Of a DNA stretch of 45,358 nt, positions 27,313-36,774 are shown piece after piece. The position numbers and the translations under genes are program-made. Origin of the DNA: Deinococcaceae bacterium (GTDB lineage: Bacteria > Deinococcota > Deinococci > Deinococcales > Trueperaceae); assembly GCA_040256005.1 (NCBI GenBank), contig JBDZWC010000007.1, positions 1-45,358 of the forward strand, read 5' to 3'. The notes under the pieces were generated by a model. That model was not told where the DNA came from, ran no database searches, and saw only the letters and a list, made by a program, of their open reading frames with translations. Each line of letters begins with the position of its first letter. The stretch's first letter is position 1.

Positions 27313-28465
27313 CGTCCTCGAACCCGACCTCGAACGTCTCCATCACCGGGTTGGACAGGACCTTCGCCGACATATCGGCGACCTGCCTCCTGACCTCTTC
27401 CGGGTCCCCCTCCAGCTTGAGTTCCACCCGCTTGCCTACGCGCACGTCCTTGACGGTGTCGTAGCCCAGCCGCTCCAGGGTCTGGAGCACGGCCCTGCCC
27501 TGGGGATCGAGGATCGAGGCCTTGAGCATCACGTCGACGACGGCTTGGAAGGAACCCGCACCCCGGGCGCCGCGGGCGCCGTGCTCTTGGCGATCGTGGT
27601 CGTGGGCCTCCTGGTCGTGGTCCTCGTGGTCGTGATCTTCGTGATCGTGATCTTCGTGGTCGTGGACGTGGTGGCCGTCTTCGCCCTCATCGAACGGGCT
27701 GTCCTCGGGCGGCTCGAACGTCGCGGCGAACGCCTCGGCCTCGCCGGCCTCGCTCATCACGCGGTTCAGCACGTCGGAGTACGCGTCCTCCACGCCCCCC
27801 AGGTCGCGGCGGAAGCGGTCCTTGTCGAGGCGCTCGCCGGAGACGACGTCCCACAGCCGGCAGGTGTCTGGGCTGACCTCGTCGGCCAGCACCAGCTGGC
27901 CCTCGTGGTCGCGGCCGAACTCCAGCTTCATGTCGACCAGCTCGAGCCCCAGCCCACCGAAGTAGCCACTGAGGGCGTCGTTTATAGCGGTCGCGAGGTC
28001 GAACATGGCGGCCAGGTCGTCCTCGGTGGCCAGCCCGAGAGCGACCGCGGCGGCGTCGTTGATGGGCGGATCACCCAGGCTGTCGGACTTCACGCACCAC
28101 TCGACGACGATCGGGTTCAGCTCGCCGCCCTCCTCGACCCCGTAGCGCTGTGCGAAGCTACCAGCCGCCCTGTTCCTGACGACCACCTCGAGCGGCACGA
28201 TCTCCACCTGGCGCACGAGCTGCATCGTGTCCGTCACCGAGTCGACGAAGTGGGTGGGTACGCCGACCGCCTCCAGCGCCCTGAAGACGCGTTCGCTGAT
28301 GGCGTTGTTCGCAGCCCCCTTCCCCTTGATCGTCCCGCGCTTCTGGGCGTTGAAGGCCGTGGCGTCGTCCTTGAACTCGACCAGGAGATGGCCCGGACGG
28401 TCTGTGGCGTAGAGGCGCTTGGCCTTGCCTTCGTACAGGAGCTGTTTGCGCTCGGGGATCGTCAT
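27305..28465 (-). CDS. purC: Fused SAICAR synthetase PurC + acidic/His-rich linker + FGAM synthase subunit PurS
   Basis: LYEGKAKRLY, FKDDATAFN, PLEVVVRN, DMKLEFG, LADEVSPDTCRLWD, DKDRFR, then in frame VMLKASILDPQGRAV...VRVGK...LSNPVMETF (PurS). TATCAT 7 nt before ATG 28465. Confidence 0.93.
   Translation of the reverse strand: MTIPERKQLLYEGKAKRLYATDRPGHLLVEFKDDATAFNAQKRGTIKGKGAANNAISERVFRALEAVGVPTHFVDSVTDTMQLVRQVEIVPLEVVVRNRAAGSFAQRYGVEEGGELNPIVVEWCVKSDSLGDPPINDAAAVALGLATEDDLAAMFDLATAINDALSGYFGGLGLELVDMKLEFGRDHEGQLVLADEVSPDTCRLWDVVSGERLDKDRFRRDLGGVEDAYSDVLNRVMSEAGEAEAFAATFEPPEDSPFDEGEDGHHVHDHEDHDHEDHDHEDHDQEAHDHDRQEHGARGARGAGSFQAVVDVMLKASILDPQGRAVLQTLERLGYDTVKDVRVGKRVELKLEGDPEEVRRQVADMSAKVLSNPVMETFEVGFEDGD
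27581..27673 (-). repeat. Coding minisatellite, 15-nt period, encoding (HDHED)n
   Basis: HHVHDHEDHDHEDHDHEDHDQEAHDHDRQEH: 12 His in 31 residues. Confidence 0.9.
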
Positions 28466-28553
28466 CGGGTCGATGATAGCGCCGCCGCTCGTGGGCCCAA
28501 CCGGTCGCCACGGCGCCGGCCACGTCAGCCTGCCTGCGGTCTCCCTTGGCCCG

Positions 28554-29858
28554 TCACAGGCCGAAACGCGCGAACACCACGTCCACGTGCCGCAGGTACC
28601 AGGCCGGGTCGAAGGCCGCCTCGAGCTGTTCAGGCGGAAGGTCACAGCGCGGGTCGGCCGCCACGAGCTCGCGCAGGTGCTCACCCGACTCGAGGCTCCT
28701 GAGCGACGCCGACTGCACGACGTCGTAGGCGTCCTCGCGCGGCAGTCCTGAGTCGATGAGCGCGTGCAGCACGCGCTGCGAGAACACCAGGCCCCGCAAC
28801 AGGTCGAGGTTGGCGGCCATCCGCTCCGGGTAGACGACCAGGTCGTCCAGGACGCGCTTCAGGCGCCTGAGCGCGTAGCTCGCCAAGGTGGTGGCGTCCG
28901 GCAGCACCAACCGTTCCACGGACGAGTGGCTGATGTCCCTCTCATGCCACAGGGCGACGTTCTCCAGCGCCGGCTGCAAGTAGGAGCGCAGGAGTCGCGC
29001 CGCGCCGGTCAGGTTCTCGCTGGCGATCGGGTTCTTCTTGTGCGGCATCGACGAGGATCCAGTCTGCCCGCGTGCGAAGCCCTCCTGCGCCTCGCGTACC
29101 TCCGTGCGCTGTAGGTGCCTGATCTCCAGGGCGACCCGCTCGATGCTCGTGCCCACGATCGCCAGGGCGCTCAACAACTGGGCGTGCCTGTCGCGAGCCA
29201 CGGTCTGGTTCGTGATCGGGTCGGGACGCAGGCCCAGGGCAGCGCCCACGTTCTTCTCCACCTCCGGCGGCACGTGGGCGTACGTGCCCACCGAGCCGCT
29301 GATCATGGCGACGGCCACTGCGTCCCGGGCGGCCGCCAGCCTGCCGCCGTCGCGCTCGAAGGCCGCGTGGAGGTTGAGCAGCTTGAGCCCGAACGTGGTG
29401 GGTTCGGCATGTATGCCGTGCGTGCGGCCGATCGTGACGGTGTGCTTGTGCTCTACGGACAGCTCCCGGAGCCGCGTCGAGACGGCCGCCAGGTCTGCGG
29501 CCACGATGTCGATGGCTCGCACGAGCAGCGCGTTCTGGGCGGTGTCGACGACGTCCGTCGAGGTGAGACCGTAGTGGACGAAACGCGCGGGCTCGCCCAC
29601 CCGTTCACTCAACGCCCTAGTGAAAGCGACGATGTCGTGCCGGGTCTGCTCCTCGATGGCGGCGACGCGTGCGGCGAAGGCGTCGTCGAGCGGGTCGCCC
29701 GCGAGGGCCGTGCGGATCGCCTCAGCCGTACCCGCTGGCACGTCGCCCAGGCTCTCGAACGCCTCCAGCGCCGCCAGCTCCACGCTCAACCACGTGCGAT
29801 AGCGCTCGGCCTCCGACCACAGCGACTTCATCTCGGGCGTCGAGTAGCGGTCGATCAT
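28554..29858 (-). CDS. purB: Adenylosuccinate lyase
   Basis: MIDRYS, HYGLTSTDVVDTA, GRTHGIHAEPTTFG, GSSSMPHKKNP, WHERDISHSSVER; TAGCTT 6 nt before the ATG. Confidence 0.97.
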   Translation of the reverse strand: MIDRYSTPEMKSLWSEAERYRTWLSVELAALEAFESLGDVPAGTAEAIRTALAGDPLDDAFAARVAAIEEQTRHDIVAFTRALSERVGEPARFVHYGLTSTDVVDTAQNALLVRAIDIVAADLAAVSTRLRELSVEHKHTVTIGRTHGIHAEPTTFGLKLLNLHAAFERDGGRLAAARDAVAVAMISGSVGTYAHVPPEVEKNVGAALGLRPDPITNQTVARDRHAQLLSALAIVGTSIERVALEIRHLQRTEVREAQEGFARGQTGSSSMPHKKNPIASENLTGAARLLRSYLQPALENVALWHERDISHSSVERLVLPDATTLASYALRRLKRVLDDLVVYPERMAANLDLLRGLVFSQRVLHALIDSGLPREDAYDVVQSASLRSLESGEHLRELVAADPRCDLPPEQLEAAFDPAWYLRHVDVVFARFGL

Positions 29859-30001
29859 CGCCGGAAGCTACCACTAAGTCCGCCGCCGCCCTCCCCTGCT
29901 CCTACCGCCTACGGCGCCGTCGTAGCACGCGGTGCGGTGACCTGGGACGCGGGGCCCCTCGGCAGACGGCTGGCTGGGGTTCATGCCGCTGTGGACGCGG
30001 A

Positions 30002-30010
30002 TGTTAGACT
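30002..30010 (+). promoter_or_regulatory. Extended -10 (TG-T-TAGACT) for the gyrA operon
   Basis: About 70 nt upstream of GTG 30080, which has an AGGAGG SD. Confidence 0.5.
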
Positions 30011-30079
30011 TCCCTGTCAGGCTGCGCGAGGCCTGCCCGGCGTTCTCGGACGGCCGCGCGCGAGCCAGGAGGCCACTTA

Positions 30080-32527
30080 GTGAACGAAGGCGAAGTCGTC
30101 CCGGTCCAGATCACGGACGAGATCAAGTCAAGCTTCATCAACTACGCCATGTCGGTCATCGTGGACCGGGCGCTGCCCGACGTCCGTGACGGCCTCAAGC
30201 CGGTGCAGCGTCGCATCCTCCACGCCATGAACCAGATGGGCCTCGCCTCCAACCGGAAGCACTCGAAGAGCGCCGGTGTGGTGGGCGAGGTGATCGGGAA
30301 GTACCACCCCCACGGTGACCAGGCCATCTACGACGCCATGGTCCGTCTGGCGCAACCGTGGAACCTGCGCTACCCGCTCGTGGACGGGCAGGGGAACTTC
30401 GGGTCGATAGACGGCGATCCCGCGGCCGCGTACCGCTACACCGAGGCGCGCCTGACGGCGGTGGCCGAGACGCTGTTGGCGGACATCGACAAGGAGACCG
30501 TCGACTTCCTCGAGAACTTCGACGGCACGCAGTCGGAGCCCACCGTGCTGCCGTCGGCGCTGCCCAACCTCGTCGTCAACGGTGCTGCTGGCATCGCGGT
30601 CGGCATGGCTACCAACCTCGCACCGCACAACCTGGGCGAGGTGGTGGACGCGCTGGTGGCGCTCATCGAGGACCCGGAAGCCGGCGACGAGGCCGTCATG
30701 AAGCACATCAAGGGCCCTGACTTCCCCACCGGCGGCATCATCGGCCGCGACGGCATCAGGCAGGCCCTGGAGACCGGCCGCGGCTCCATCCGCGTGCGCG
30801 GCAGGGCGCACTTCGACGAGCGCAACGGCCGCACCCAGATCGTGGTCACCGAGATCCCGTACCAGGTCAACAAGACCTCCCTCATCCAGACCGTCGCCCA
30901 GTTGGTGCGTGCCAAGAAGATCGAGGAGATCGCCACGCTGCGCGATGAGTCCGACAGGCAGGGCATGCGCATCGTGTTCGAGCTCAAGCGCGGTTCGCGC
31001 CCGCAGTCGGTGCTCAACCGCCTGTACAAGTTCACGCAGCTGCAGAGCACGTTCGCGGTCAACAACGTCGTCATCGTCGACCGCGCCCCTCGGCTGCTGA
31101 ACATGCGGCAGATGCTGCGGCTCTACCTCGACCACAGGGCCGACGTCGTGAGGCGCCGCACCCAGTACGAGCTGCGCAAGGCCCGCGAGCGCGCCCACGT
31201 GCTCGAGGGCTATCTGATAGCGCTCGACAACCTCGACGCCGTCATCGCGCTCATCCGCTCCTCTCGCGACGGGCCGGACGCCCGCGACGGCCTCATGCGT
31301 GAGTTCGGCATGTCCGAGGTGCAGGCTCAGGCCGTCCTGGACATGCGCCTGCAGCGCCTCACCGGCCTGGAGCGCGAGAAGATCAACGAGGAGTACCGCG
31401 ACCTGCAGGAACAGATCGCCAGGCTCGAGTTGATCCTGGCGGACGAGGAAGAGCTCTGGCAGGTCATCACCGGTGAGCTCCTCGACGTCAAGAAGCGCTT
31501 CGGCGACCCGCGGCGCACCCAGGTCGTCGACCTCACGGACGGCTTCGACGAGGACGACCTGGTGCCCGAGGAGAAGATGGTCGTCACGCTCACGCGCGAG
31601 GGCTACATCAAGCGCACGCCCATGACCTCGTACCGTAGCCAGGGTCGAGGCGGCCGGGGCGTGGCCAGCCAGCGCACCAAGGACGACGACGTCAACACCA
31701 TGCTGCTCGTGGGCAGCTCCCACGACTTCCTGCTGTTCTTCACGAACCGCGGCCGCGTGTACCGCGAGAAGATCTACGAACTACCCGAGTTCGACCGCAA
31801 CGCCCGCGGCGGGCACATCCGTAACGTGCTACCCCAGCTGGTCGAGGACGAGTTCGTGCAGACGATCCTGGCCGTGAAGGGGTTCGACGCCGAGGGCTAC
31901 TTCGTGTTCGCGACGCGAGCCGGCCTCATCAAGCGCACCGCGATACGTGAGTACGGCAACATCAACAACGCCGGCCTCGTGGCCATCAACCTCGTCGACG
32001 GCGATGAGCTGGTGGCCGTGCGGGTGACGGACGGCACCGCGGACATCGTGCTGGGCACGCGGCATGGTCAGGCGATCCGCTTCGACGAGCAGGGCGCCCG
32101 TGAGATAGGCAGGGCCACGCAGGGGGTCATCGGGATCAGGCTGCGCAAGGGCGACGAGGTCGTCTCCCTCGCCGTGGTGCCGGAGTCGGAGAAGGACAAG
32201 GCGGAGCTGCTCTCGGTCACCGAGACCGGGTTGGGCAAGCGCACGCCCCTCAGCGAGTACCCGCTGCAGGGCCGTGGCGGGCAGGGTGTGATCGGGCACA
32301 AGCTCACCGACAGGACCGGCGAGATGGTGAGCATGAGCAAGGTGCTGGGCAGCGAAGAGCTGTTCGTGCTGGCCGAGGGCGGCCAGCTCATCCGCACGGG
32401 CGTCGACCAGGTCAGCACGTACGGTCGGGCCTCACAAGGCGTGACGATCAAGAAGATGGACGAGGGCGACAGGGTGGTGGCGGCGATGGTGCTGCCCAGC
32501 GACGCCGACCTGGCCGAGGAGGAGTGA
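30080..32527 (+). CDS. gyrA: DNA gyrase subunit A
   Basis: [22 protein letters not shown], active-site [16 protein letters not shown], GyrA-box QGRGGRG, C-terminal beta-pinwheel repeats. Confidence 0.97.
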   Translation: MNEGEVVPVQITDEIKSSFINYAMSVIVDRALPDVRDGLKPVQRRILHAMNQMGLASNRKHSKSAGVVGEVIGKYHPHGDQAIYDAMVRLAQPWNLRYPLVDGQGNFGSIDGDPAAAYRYTEARLTAVAETLLADIDKETVDFLENFDGTQSEPTVLPSALPNLVVNGAAGIAVGMATNLAPHNLGEVVDALVALIEDPEAGDEAVMKHIKGPDFPTGGIIGRDGIRQALETGRGSIRVRGRAHFDERNGRTQIVVTEIPYQVNKTSLIQTVAQLVRAKKIEEIATLRDESDRQGMRIVFELKRGSRPQSVLNRLYKFTQLQSTFAVNNVVIVDRAPRLLNMRQMLRLYLDHRADVVRRRTQYELRKARERAHVLEGYLIALDNLDAVIALIRSSRDGPDARDGLMREFGMSEVQAQAVLDMRLQRLTGLEREKINEEYRDLQEQIARLELILADEEELWQVITGELLDVKKRFGDPRRTQVVDLTDGFDEDDLVPEEKMVVTLTREGYIKRTPMTSYRSQGRGGRGVASQRTKDDDVNTMLLVGSSHDFLLFFTNRGRVYREKIYELPEFDRNARGGHIRNVLPQLVEDEFVQTILAVKGFDAEGYFVFATRAGLIKRTAIREYGNINNAGLVAINLVDGDELVAVRVTDGTADIVLGTRHGQAIRFDEQGAREIGRATQGVIGIRLRKGDEVVSLAVVPESEKDKAELLSVTETGLGKRTPLSEYPLQGRGGQGVIGHKLTDRTGEMVSMSKVLGSEELFVLAEGGQLIRTGVDQVSTYGRASQGVTIKKMDEGDRVVAAMVLPSDADLAEEE

Positions 32528-33489
32528 TGTCGGGGGCAGCGCGGCAGCCGCTCTGGCTCGACTGCGACCCCGGTCACGACGATGCCTTCGCGATCATCAC
32601 GGCGCTGCACCGGGCAGACCTGGTGGGCGTGTCGGTGGTGAGCGGCAACGCCCCGGTTCACTTGTGCGAGCGCAACGCTCTCGTGACCCTGCAACTGGCC
32701 GGCGCCGAGTCCGTGCCTGTGCACCGGGGCGCCGACAGGCCGCTCGTGCGCGAGCCGCGTTACGCCGCGCACATCCACGGCGAGTCGGGTCTGGACGGCC
32801 CCGCGCTGCCGCCGCTCACGCTAACGGCACGGCCGGAGCCGGCAGTGGACGCCATCATCGCGGCCTCTCACCGGGTTCAAGGTCTGTGGTTGGTGGCGGT
32901 CGGGCCGCTGACGAACGTCGCCCTCGCCCTCAGGCAGGATCCGGGCCTCGCTCAGCGGGTAGCCGGCATCAGCGTCATGGGCGGCAGTTGGGGGCCCGGC
33001 AACATCACGCCGGTCGCCGAGTTCAACGTCTGGGCCGATCCCGACGCCGCGGCTGTGGTCTTCGCCTCCGGCGCCAACGTCGTCATGGCCGGCCTGGACC
33101 TCACGCACCAGTTCATGATCGACGCCCGCCGCCGGCAGGCGGTGCGAGAGCTCGGCACCACGTTGGCGACCTTCGGGGCCGACCTCCTCGACTTCTTCTC
33201 GGACGCCTACGCCCGGACGTTCGGCGTGCCGGCGGATGGGCCGCTGCACGACCCGTGCGCCGTCCTGACCGTCACCGACCCTGGGCTGTTCACGACCTCT
33301 TCCAGACATGTGGCGGTGGAGACGACCTCGGACCTGACGCGCGGCATGACCGTCGTCGACCGCCGCGCCGGCAGGGGTCGCACCGACCACAACGTCACGG
33401 TGCTCGAGACGATCGACGACGGGGCCGCCTTCGACCTGTTGCTGGCGGCGCTGACGGCCACGCACGGCAGGGCGGAGGCGACAGCGTGA
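32527..33489 (+). CDS. Inosine/uridine-preferring nucleoside hydrolase
   Basis: LDCDPGHDD, HIHGESGL, GPLTNVA, AEFNVWADP, LHDPCAV, TRGMTVVD; TGATG coupling to gyrA. Confidence 0.93.
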   Translation: MSGAARQPLWLDCDPGHDDAFAIITALHRADLVGVSVVSGNAPVHLCERNALVTLQLAGAESVPVHRGADRPLVREPRYAAHIHGESGLDGPALPPLTLTARPEPAVDAIIAASHRVQGLWLVAVGPLTNVALALRQDPGLAQRVAGISVMGGSWGPGNITPVAEFNVWADPDAAAVVFASGANVVMAGLDLTHQFMIDARRRQAVRELGTTLATFGADLLDFFSDAYARTFGVPADGPLHDPCAVLTVTDPGLFTTSSRHVAVETTSDLTRGMTVVDRRAGRGRTDHNVTVLETIDDGAAFDLLLAALTATHGRAEATA

Positions 33490-34166
33490 TCGAGTTCAAC
33501 CACGTCACCAAGACCTACCCCCGCACCCATACGCACGCTCTCAAGGACGTCCACTTCCACATCAAACGGGGCGAGTTCGCCTACGTCACAGGGCACTCCG
33601 GGGCAGGCAAGTCGACGCTCCTGTCGCTCATGCTCAGGCGCATACTCCCCACCGAGGGCACCGTGCTCATCGGCGGCAACGACGTCACCCGCATGCGCGA
33701 CGGCAAGCTCCCGCTCATGCGGCGTCAGATCGGCATGGTCTTCCAGGACCACCGCCTGCTGCAGCACCTGACCGCTTTCGAGAACCTGACGTTCGTCCTC
33801 AGGGCGACGGCCACGCGCGGCAACCATGAGCAGAAGGCGCTGCAGGCGTTGCGCAACGTGGGCCTGGCGCACAAGCGCAAGGCGTACCCCATCGAGCTGA
33901 GCCTCGGCGAGCAACAGCGGGTGGCGATCGCTAGGGCCATGGTCACCGACCCGCCGCTGCTCCTGGCCGACGAGCCCACCGGCAACCTGGACCCGGACAC
34001 GGCGATGGAGATCCTGGAGCTTCTCAACGACATCAACCTGCGCGGCACGACGGTGCTGGTGGCGACTCACGCGCGTGACCTGGTGGACCGCTTCAAGCGG
34101 CGCACGTTGGTGCTGCGCAGCGGCGAGCTGGTGCGCGACGACGTGGGCGGCGGCTACTCGCTGTGA
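33486..34166 (+). CDS. ftsE: Cell division ATP-binding protein FtsE
   Basis: GTG in GTGA overlap; IEFNHVTKTY, GHSGAGKST, RRQIGMVFQDHRLL, GEQQRVAIARA, LADEPTGNLDP, GTTVLVATH, GGY tail. Confidence 0.88.
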   Translation: MIEFNHVTKTYPRTHTHALKDVHFHIKRGEFAYVTGHSGAGKSTLLSLMLRRILPTEGTVLIGGNDVTRMRDGKLPLMRRQIGMVFQDHRLLQHLTAFENLTFVLRATATRGNHEQKALQALRNVGLAHKRKAYPIELSLGEQQRVAIARAMVTDPPLLLADEPTGNLDPDTAMEILELLNDINLRGTTVLVATHARDLVDRFKRRTLVLRSGELVRDDVGGGYSL

Positions 34167-34185
34167 GGGCCGGCCGCGGGGTGGC

Positions 34186-35058
34186 TCAGGGTGCGAGCCT
34201 CCGCGCCAGAGCGTTAGCCCGCCGCCACTCATCGTCATCGTCGCGACGCTCGGCCGCGTAGCGCGCGAACGTCCACGCCCTTACTCTTTCCTCGTCCAAT
34301 CCCAATAGCGCCGACCAGTGCCGGACGAACCCGCGCGGGTCCGCCTGGAGCCGATCCTGGGCGTCGAAGAGATGTTGCGTGGCGTCGTAGGCGCGGTCGC
34401 CCACGAACGGTTTCGGGTCGATGAGCAGCCAGGGCTCGCGCTCGGCTGCCAGGACGTTGCCGGCGTGGGCGTCGGTGGCCAGCAGCACGTCGGTGGCCGC
34501 GGGCCGCACGAGCTCGCGCCAGGTCGCCAACCCCTCTCTCACCAGCGCCGGGTCCGGCCATCTGTGCTCGTCGCGTTCGGTCTCCGCGCTCCAGTAGGCG
34601 ATCATCTGCTCCAGGTGCCGGAACCCGGCCTCGGGCGTCACGGGCCGCCAGAGTCGCCTCAGCAACTTGGCCAGCACCTCATCGCGCTCGCCCTCAGGCA
34701 GCACGTGGAGGTCGTGACCGGGCAGGCAGCGTTCCAGCAACAGCGCATGCCTGTCGTCGTCCACCGCCAGGAGCGCTACGGTCGGGTCTCCGTCCCAGAA
34801 CCGCAGGCCGGCGGCCTCGTCCAGGCCCTCCATGTGGGGGAACGACAGCTTCAGGGCGGCCGGCGTGCCGTCCGCCAGGCGTGCCCGCAGTACGACAGCC
34901 GTGTATCCGTCGTGATCGAACGGAGGACCCAAGGTCAGGCCCCAGCGTCGCCGCAGCTCCTCCACGTCGGAAGGCAGGTCCTTCAGCCAGCGCCGGCCCT
35001 CGGGCTCGCGTTCGGCCAGCCGCCGTACACGGGGTGTCACGAGGACCCTGTCCGTCAC
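34186..35058 (-). CDS. Aminoglycoside/hydroxyurea-resistance kinase family (APH(6)-like) phosphotransferase
   Basis: WLKDLP..W.LTLG.PF, AALKL, LLLERCLPG, LLATDAHAGNVL, WLLIDPKPFVGDRAYD. Confidence 0.85.
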   Translation of the reverse strand: MTDRVLVTPRVRRLAEREPEGRRWLKDLPSDVEELRRRWGLTLGPPFDHDGYTAVVLRARLADGTPAALKLSFPHMEGLDEAAGLRFWDGDPTVALLAVDDDRHALLLERCLPGHDLHVLPEGERDEVLAKLLRRLWRPVTPEAGFRHLEQMIAYWSAETERDEHRWPDPALVREGLATWRELVRPAATDVLLATDAHAGNVLAAEREPWLLIDPKPFVGDRAYDATQHLFDAQDRLQADPRGFVRHWSALLGLDEERVRAWTFARYAAERRDDDDEWRRANALARRLAP

Positions 35059-35273
35059 CGTGAGCCGCCCGTGAGCCGGCGCTCGTTGCCGCGCTTGAAG
35101 TTGCCGGTCACCCTTTGCAGCGCGTACTGCTGTGCCTCGAACGACGCTCCCTCGAGTTCCGCTCGCAACCGCGCCGCCCTCTCACCGCCGACCGTCACCA
35201 CGCAGCGGCCCTCCCAGAACACACGGACGCGACCGTCCTTGGTCACCTGCGCGCTGAAGACCTCGTGGCCCAT
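35055..35273 (-). CDS. Small hypothetical protein, 72 aa (TGNFKRGNER motif)
   Basis: TAGCCT 7 nt before the ATG; stop overlaps the kinase start (GTGA); ordinary, non-shadow amino acid composition. Confidence 0.75.
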   Translation of the reverse strand: MGHEVFSAQVTKDGRVRVFWEGRCVVTVGGERAARLRAELEGASFEAQQYALQRVTGNFKRGNERRLTGGSR

Positions 35274-35294
35274 GCCGCGCAGGCTACCCGGCCG

Positions 35295-36044
35295 TCACAG
35301 CTGCATGACGCTGTAGTCCAACCGGTCGTCGGCGAGGATCAGCTCGAGGAACTGGAGCTGGCCGAGGGCGTCGATCATCGCGAAGCAGTTGTCGCGATCT
35401 ATGTACACGCCTTCTTTCATAACCGTGTGGCCGTAGACCCCGAAGCGGTGGCCGGCCACCTTGACCAGATCGGGCTTCTTGTACCACCAGGTCTTCGTGT
35501 CGGGGTCGTGATAGAAGAAGTCGTCGAACATCTGCATGCCGGGCAGTGGCCCGGCGTGGGCGAACTGCACGCCGTGGAAGATGCGCTCGCGGGGCATCTG
35601 CTTGAACCAGGCGACCAGGTCGTCCGGCATGGCGACACCGCCCTGCGACTCGTCGAACTCGACGTGCTTGAGGCCACCGCGGGTGGAGAGCTCGTAATGG
35701 TGGTCCAGAGCGCTCTCGTCGTGGTTGCCCAGGATGATGGTGACGTTGCCCTCTGCCGCGTCGACGTAGCGTTTGAAGCGGTACAGCTCGCGGATCTGCG
35801 CCTTGGCGGCCCGCCTGAGATGGTCGGGGTTCGCGGGGTCGTACGGCTCCTCCCCGACGGCGTTCGCGTACGCGCGCTCGTCCTTGTAGTGGACGAGATC
35901 GCCGACGCACACGACCTGATAACGACCCTCGATGACAGGAGCGGTCGGCTCGAGTGCCGGGGTGCAGGCTGCCGCGGCCTTGAGCACGCGCCAGAGCTCG
36001 GGCCACTGTCCGTGGACGTCGCCCACGGCTATGACCTTGATCAT
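35295..36044 (-). CDS. Calcineurin-like metallophosphoesterase
   Basis: GDVHG, GDLVH, ILGNHD, FAHAG, YGHT, ID. Confidence 0.9.
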   Translation of the reverse strand: MIKVIAVGDVHGQWPELWRVLKAAAACTPALEPTAPVIEGRYQVVCVGDLVHYKDERAYANAVGEEPYDPANPDHLRRAAKAQIRELYRFKRYVDAAEGNVTIILGNHDESALDHHYELSTRGGLKHVEFDESQGGVAMPDDLVAWFKQMPRERIFHGVQFAHAGPLPGMQMFDDFFYHDPDTKTWWYKKPDLVKVAGHRFGVYGHTVMKEGVYIDRDNCFAMIDALGQLQFLELILADDRLDYSVMQL

Positions 36045-36060
36045 CCGAGCGGGTCCCGGT

Positions 36061-36774
36061 TCACGAGGGCACCGTGACCTTGTGCATCAGCAGCGCTCTC
36101 AGGCGACCGTAGAGCTCACGCGACTCCTCGGCGTCACGCCCATAGCCGCCGTAGCGCACGACGAGCTTGGCAGCGGCAGCGCCCAGGCCCTCCGCCTTCA
36201 GGCGCTCGACGAGTCGGTCTATGACCTGGTGTGCTTCCGGCCTCGCGTCCGCGCCCTGGTGGTACACGTCGTTCGCCGTGGTGCCGGTAGCGCCGTCGAG
36301 AACCGCGCCGGCAGACGACTCCGGAGGGCTGGCCGGTAGGACGTCAGAGCCCACCGGTACGGCTTCGTCGAGCAGGACCTCGCCCGACTCGGGGTCGTGG
36401 TCCACCCATGCCTCGGCACCGTCCGCGCGCATGCCGAACTGTGAGGCGGCGGCGGCGAAGGCTGCCTCCGCCAGCGCTGCGGCGGAGCCCAGCGGCGAGC
36501 CGGGCACGGTACCGGGCGGCGACTCGTAGACCCCCGCCCTGGTGACGCCTTCGACGGTGAGGTTGCACACCAGGGCCCGCTCGCCCAGGGGCAGGAGCTG
36601 GCATGACCATCCGGCCGGCGACACGACATCGTCGAGGCGTGCCCGGATGGCGGCCGCTGGCGGTACCGGCGCGACCCTGGCAGAGAGGCGATCCGGCGAT
36701 AGCTCGCGGAGTACCCAACCGCTGGGCGTTGGAGGGAACGCAGCCGCTAGACGGGCCCAGGAGGGGCGCAGCAT
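36061..36774 (-). CDS. Rad52/Rad22 (DdrA-related) fold protein, degenerate
   Basis: LAAAFPP..W, RLDDVVSPAGW, CNLTVEGVTR, AAASQFG, WVDHDPESG, and a C-terminal PEAHQVIDRLVERLK.EGLG..AAKLV.RYGGYG...ELYGRLRALL segment that I recognise from Thermus/Deinococcus Rad52-family proteins; TAACAT 6 nt before the ATG. Confidence 0.7.
   Translation of the reverse strand: MLRPSWARLAAAFPPTPSGWVLRELSPDRLSARVAPVPPAAAIRARLDDVVSPAGWSCQLLPLGERALVCNLTVEGVTRAGVYESPPGTVPGSPLGSAAALAEAAFAAAASQFGMRADGAEAWVDHDPESGEVLLDEAVPVGSDVLPASPPESSAGAVLDGATGTTANDVYHQGADARPEAHQVIDRLVERLKAEGLGAAAAKLVVRYGGYGRDAEESRELYGRLRALLMHKVTVPS

Noticed and set aside
29871..30001. Riboswitch or sRNA in the purB-gyrA intergenic region
   Set aside because: purB appears leaderless, leaving no 5' UTR; only short GC hairpins and no recognisable aptamer. 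An Rfam cmscan would settle it.
33897..33911. FtsE ABC signature LSLGE as a sign of inactivation
   Set aside because: All other ABC motifs are intact and this position varies among FtsE homologs; insufficient evidence.
34186..35058. Acquired streptomycin-resistance gene on a mobile element
   Set aside because: No transposase, integrase or terminal repeats; composition matches the surroundings; family membership does not establish the substrate.
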